Source: Chthonomonas calidirosea
Lineage (GTDB): Bacteria > Armatimonadota > Fimbriimonadia > Fimbriimonadales > Fimbriimonadaceae
DNA: 21,169 bases
Direction: 5' to 3'
Assembly: GCA_945859975.1 (NCBI GenBank)
Contig: CAMAPH010000044.1
Span: 1 to 21,169 of the forward strand
Shown: one piece after another, positions 20,334 to 21,169 of the stretch
Numbering within the stretch: the stretch's first letter is position 1
Layout: the number at the start of each line of letters is the position of its first letter
Translations under genes and position numbers: made by a program
The notes under the pieces: model-generated
The model's database searches: none
What the model was told of the DNA's origin: nothing
Seen by the model: the letters and a program-made list of their open reading frames with translations, nothing else

Positions 20334-20372
20334 AAGATATGGTAGCTTACAATATCTAAGAATATCAACCTG

Positions 20373-21169
20373 GCTGGGAAAGCTTCGGAAGCCATGATCT
20401 GATACACTTCTTCTGATAAGGACAAACCAAGTCATGTTGGGAAAGCGGTTGAAGGTTTGATCTGATACACTTTCAATATTCACAGGACGGCAGATTTGGT
20501 TTGGAAAGCCGGCAAAGTCCTGATCTGATACACTTTTCCGGCTGTTCGACACCGAAGTTGTCTTGTTGGGAAAGCCGGTCAAGCCCTGATCTGATACACT
20601 GGCCAACCCTACACCCTCTCTGGCCAGCAGGTTGGGAAAGCCGGTCAAGCCCTGATCTGATACACTCCACTCTTCGGTCGGTTCCCATTCACGTATGTTG
20701 GGAAAGCCGGTCAAGCCCTGATCTGATACACTCGGCGCGTTGAAGGTTCGGAGTGATCTTTAGTTGGGAAAGCCGGTCAAGCCCTGATCTGATACACTCG
20801 GTCCGCTCAACACAACCACGCCGATTGTGTTGGGAAAGCCGGTCAAGCCCTGATCTGATACACTTCGATCGGCGGTACAACCTTCTCTCGCAACGTTGGG
20901 AAAGCCGGTCAAGCCCTGATCTGATACACTCTTCAAACTCGGCTTGTTACCGTCGAATCGGTTGGGAAAGCCGGTCAAGCCCTGATCTGATACACTACCG
21001 GTCAAATCATCATCAGCTCACGCCTAGTTGGGAAAGCCGGTCAAGCCCTGATCTGATACACTAAGGTGTTAGTTTCATAACAGTTATTATTGGTTGGGAA
21101 AGCCGGTCAAGCCCTGATCTGATACACTTTCTCTTCTCTTCTCTTCTCTTCTCTTCTCTTCTGGTTGGG
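20373..21169 (+). CRISPR. CRISPR array; 36-nt repeat GTTGGGAAAGCCGGTCAAGCCCTGATCTGATACACT; 12 full repeats plus 1 truncated, 12 spacers; type II-C-like
   Basis: Repeats start at 20373, 20436, 20499 (degenerate), then 20565, 20631, 20697, 20763, 20829, 20895, 20961, 21027, 21093 (identical) and 21164 (cut). Spacer lengths are 27, 27, nine of 30, and 35 nt. Strand and subtype are inferred from the 36/30 geometry and the terminal TGnTACACT. Confidence 0.97.

Noticed and set aside
20476..20484. Spacer 2 shares ATATTCACA with the candidate operator (5182-5190, 4046-4054)
   Set aside because: Only 9 nt, expected by chance in 21 kb, and at the inferred PAM-distal end. No longer self-match of any spacer was seen by eye.
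20253..21064. ORFs with SVSDQGLTGFPN or WESRSSPDLIH repeats
   Set aside because: These are translations of CRISPR repeats; the 66- and 63-nt periods are multiples of 3.

Overview
Bacterial chromosomal window, probably Armatimonadota (Fimbriimonadaceae-like; inferred only from the style of the prepilin-like protein). Bases 1-18240 form an arabinan/L-arabinose utilisation locus. On the minus strand are araA, araB and a GH51 arabinofuranosidase (1-900) that the ORF track missed. Divergently, on the plus strand, are an ArsR-HTH regulator, a prepilin-type (DUF1559-like) protein, a small lipoprotein, a GH43 arabinanase, an oligosaccharide ABC SBP with 2 permeases, two more GH51 enzymes and a monosaccharide ABC transporter. 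A shared palindromic motif lies at three promoters. To the right, on the minus strand, are a DUF1684 gene and a RecA-like (AAA_25-type) ATPase with a C-terminal HTH. These are followed by a G15 tract and a CRISPR array of 36-nt repeats (12 complete, 1 truncated) that runs off the window end. No cas genes are visible. The repeats look type II-C-like, each ending in an extended -10 box. The three leftmost repeats are degenerate almost entirely in their centre and flank two shortened 27-nt spacers. The last spacer is a 35-nt (TTCTC)n microsatellite.
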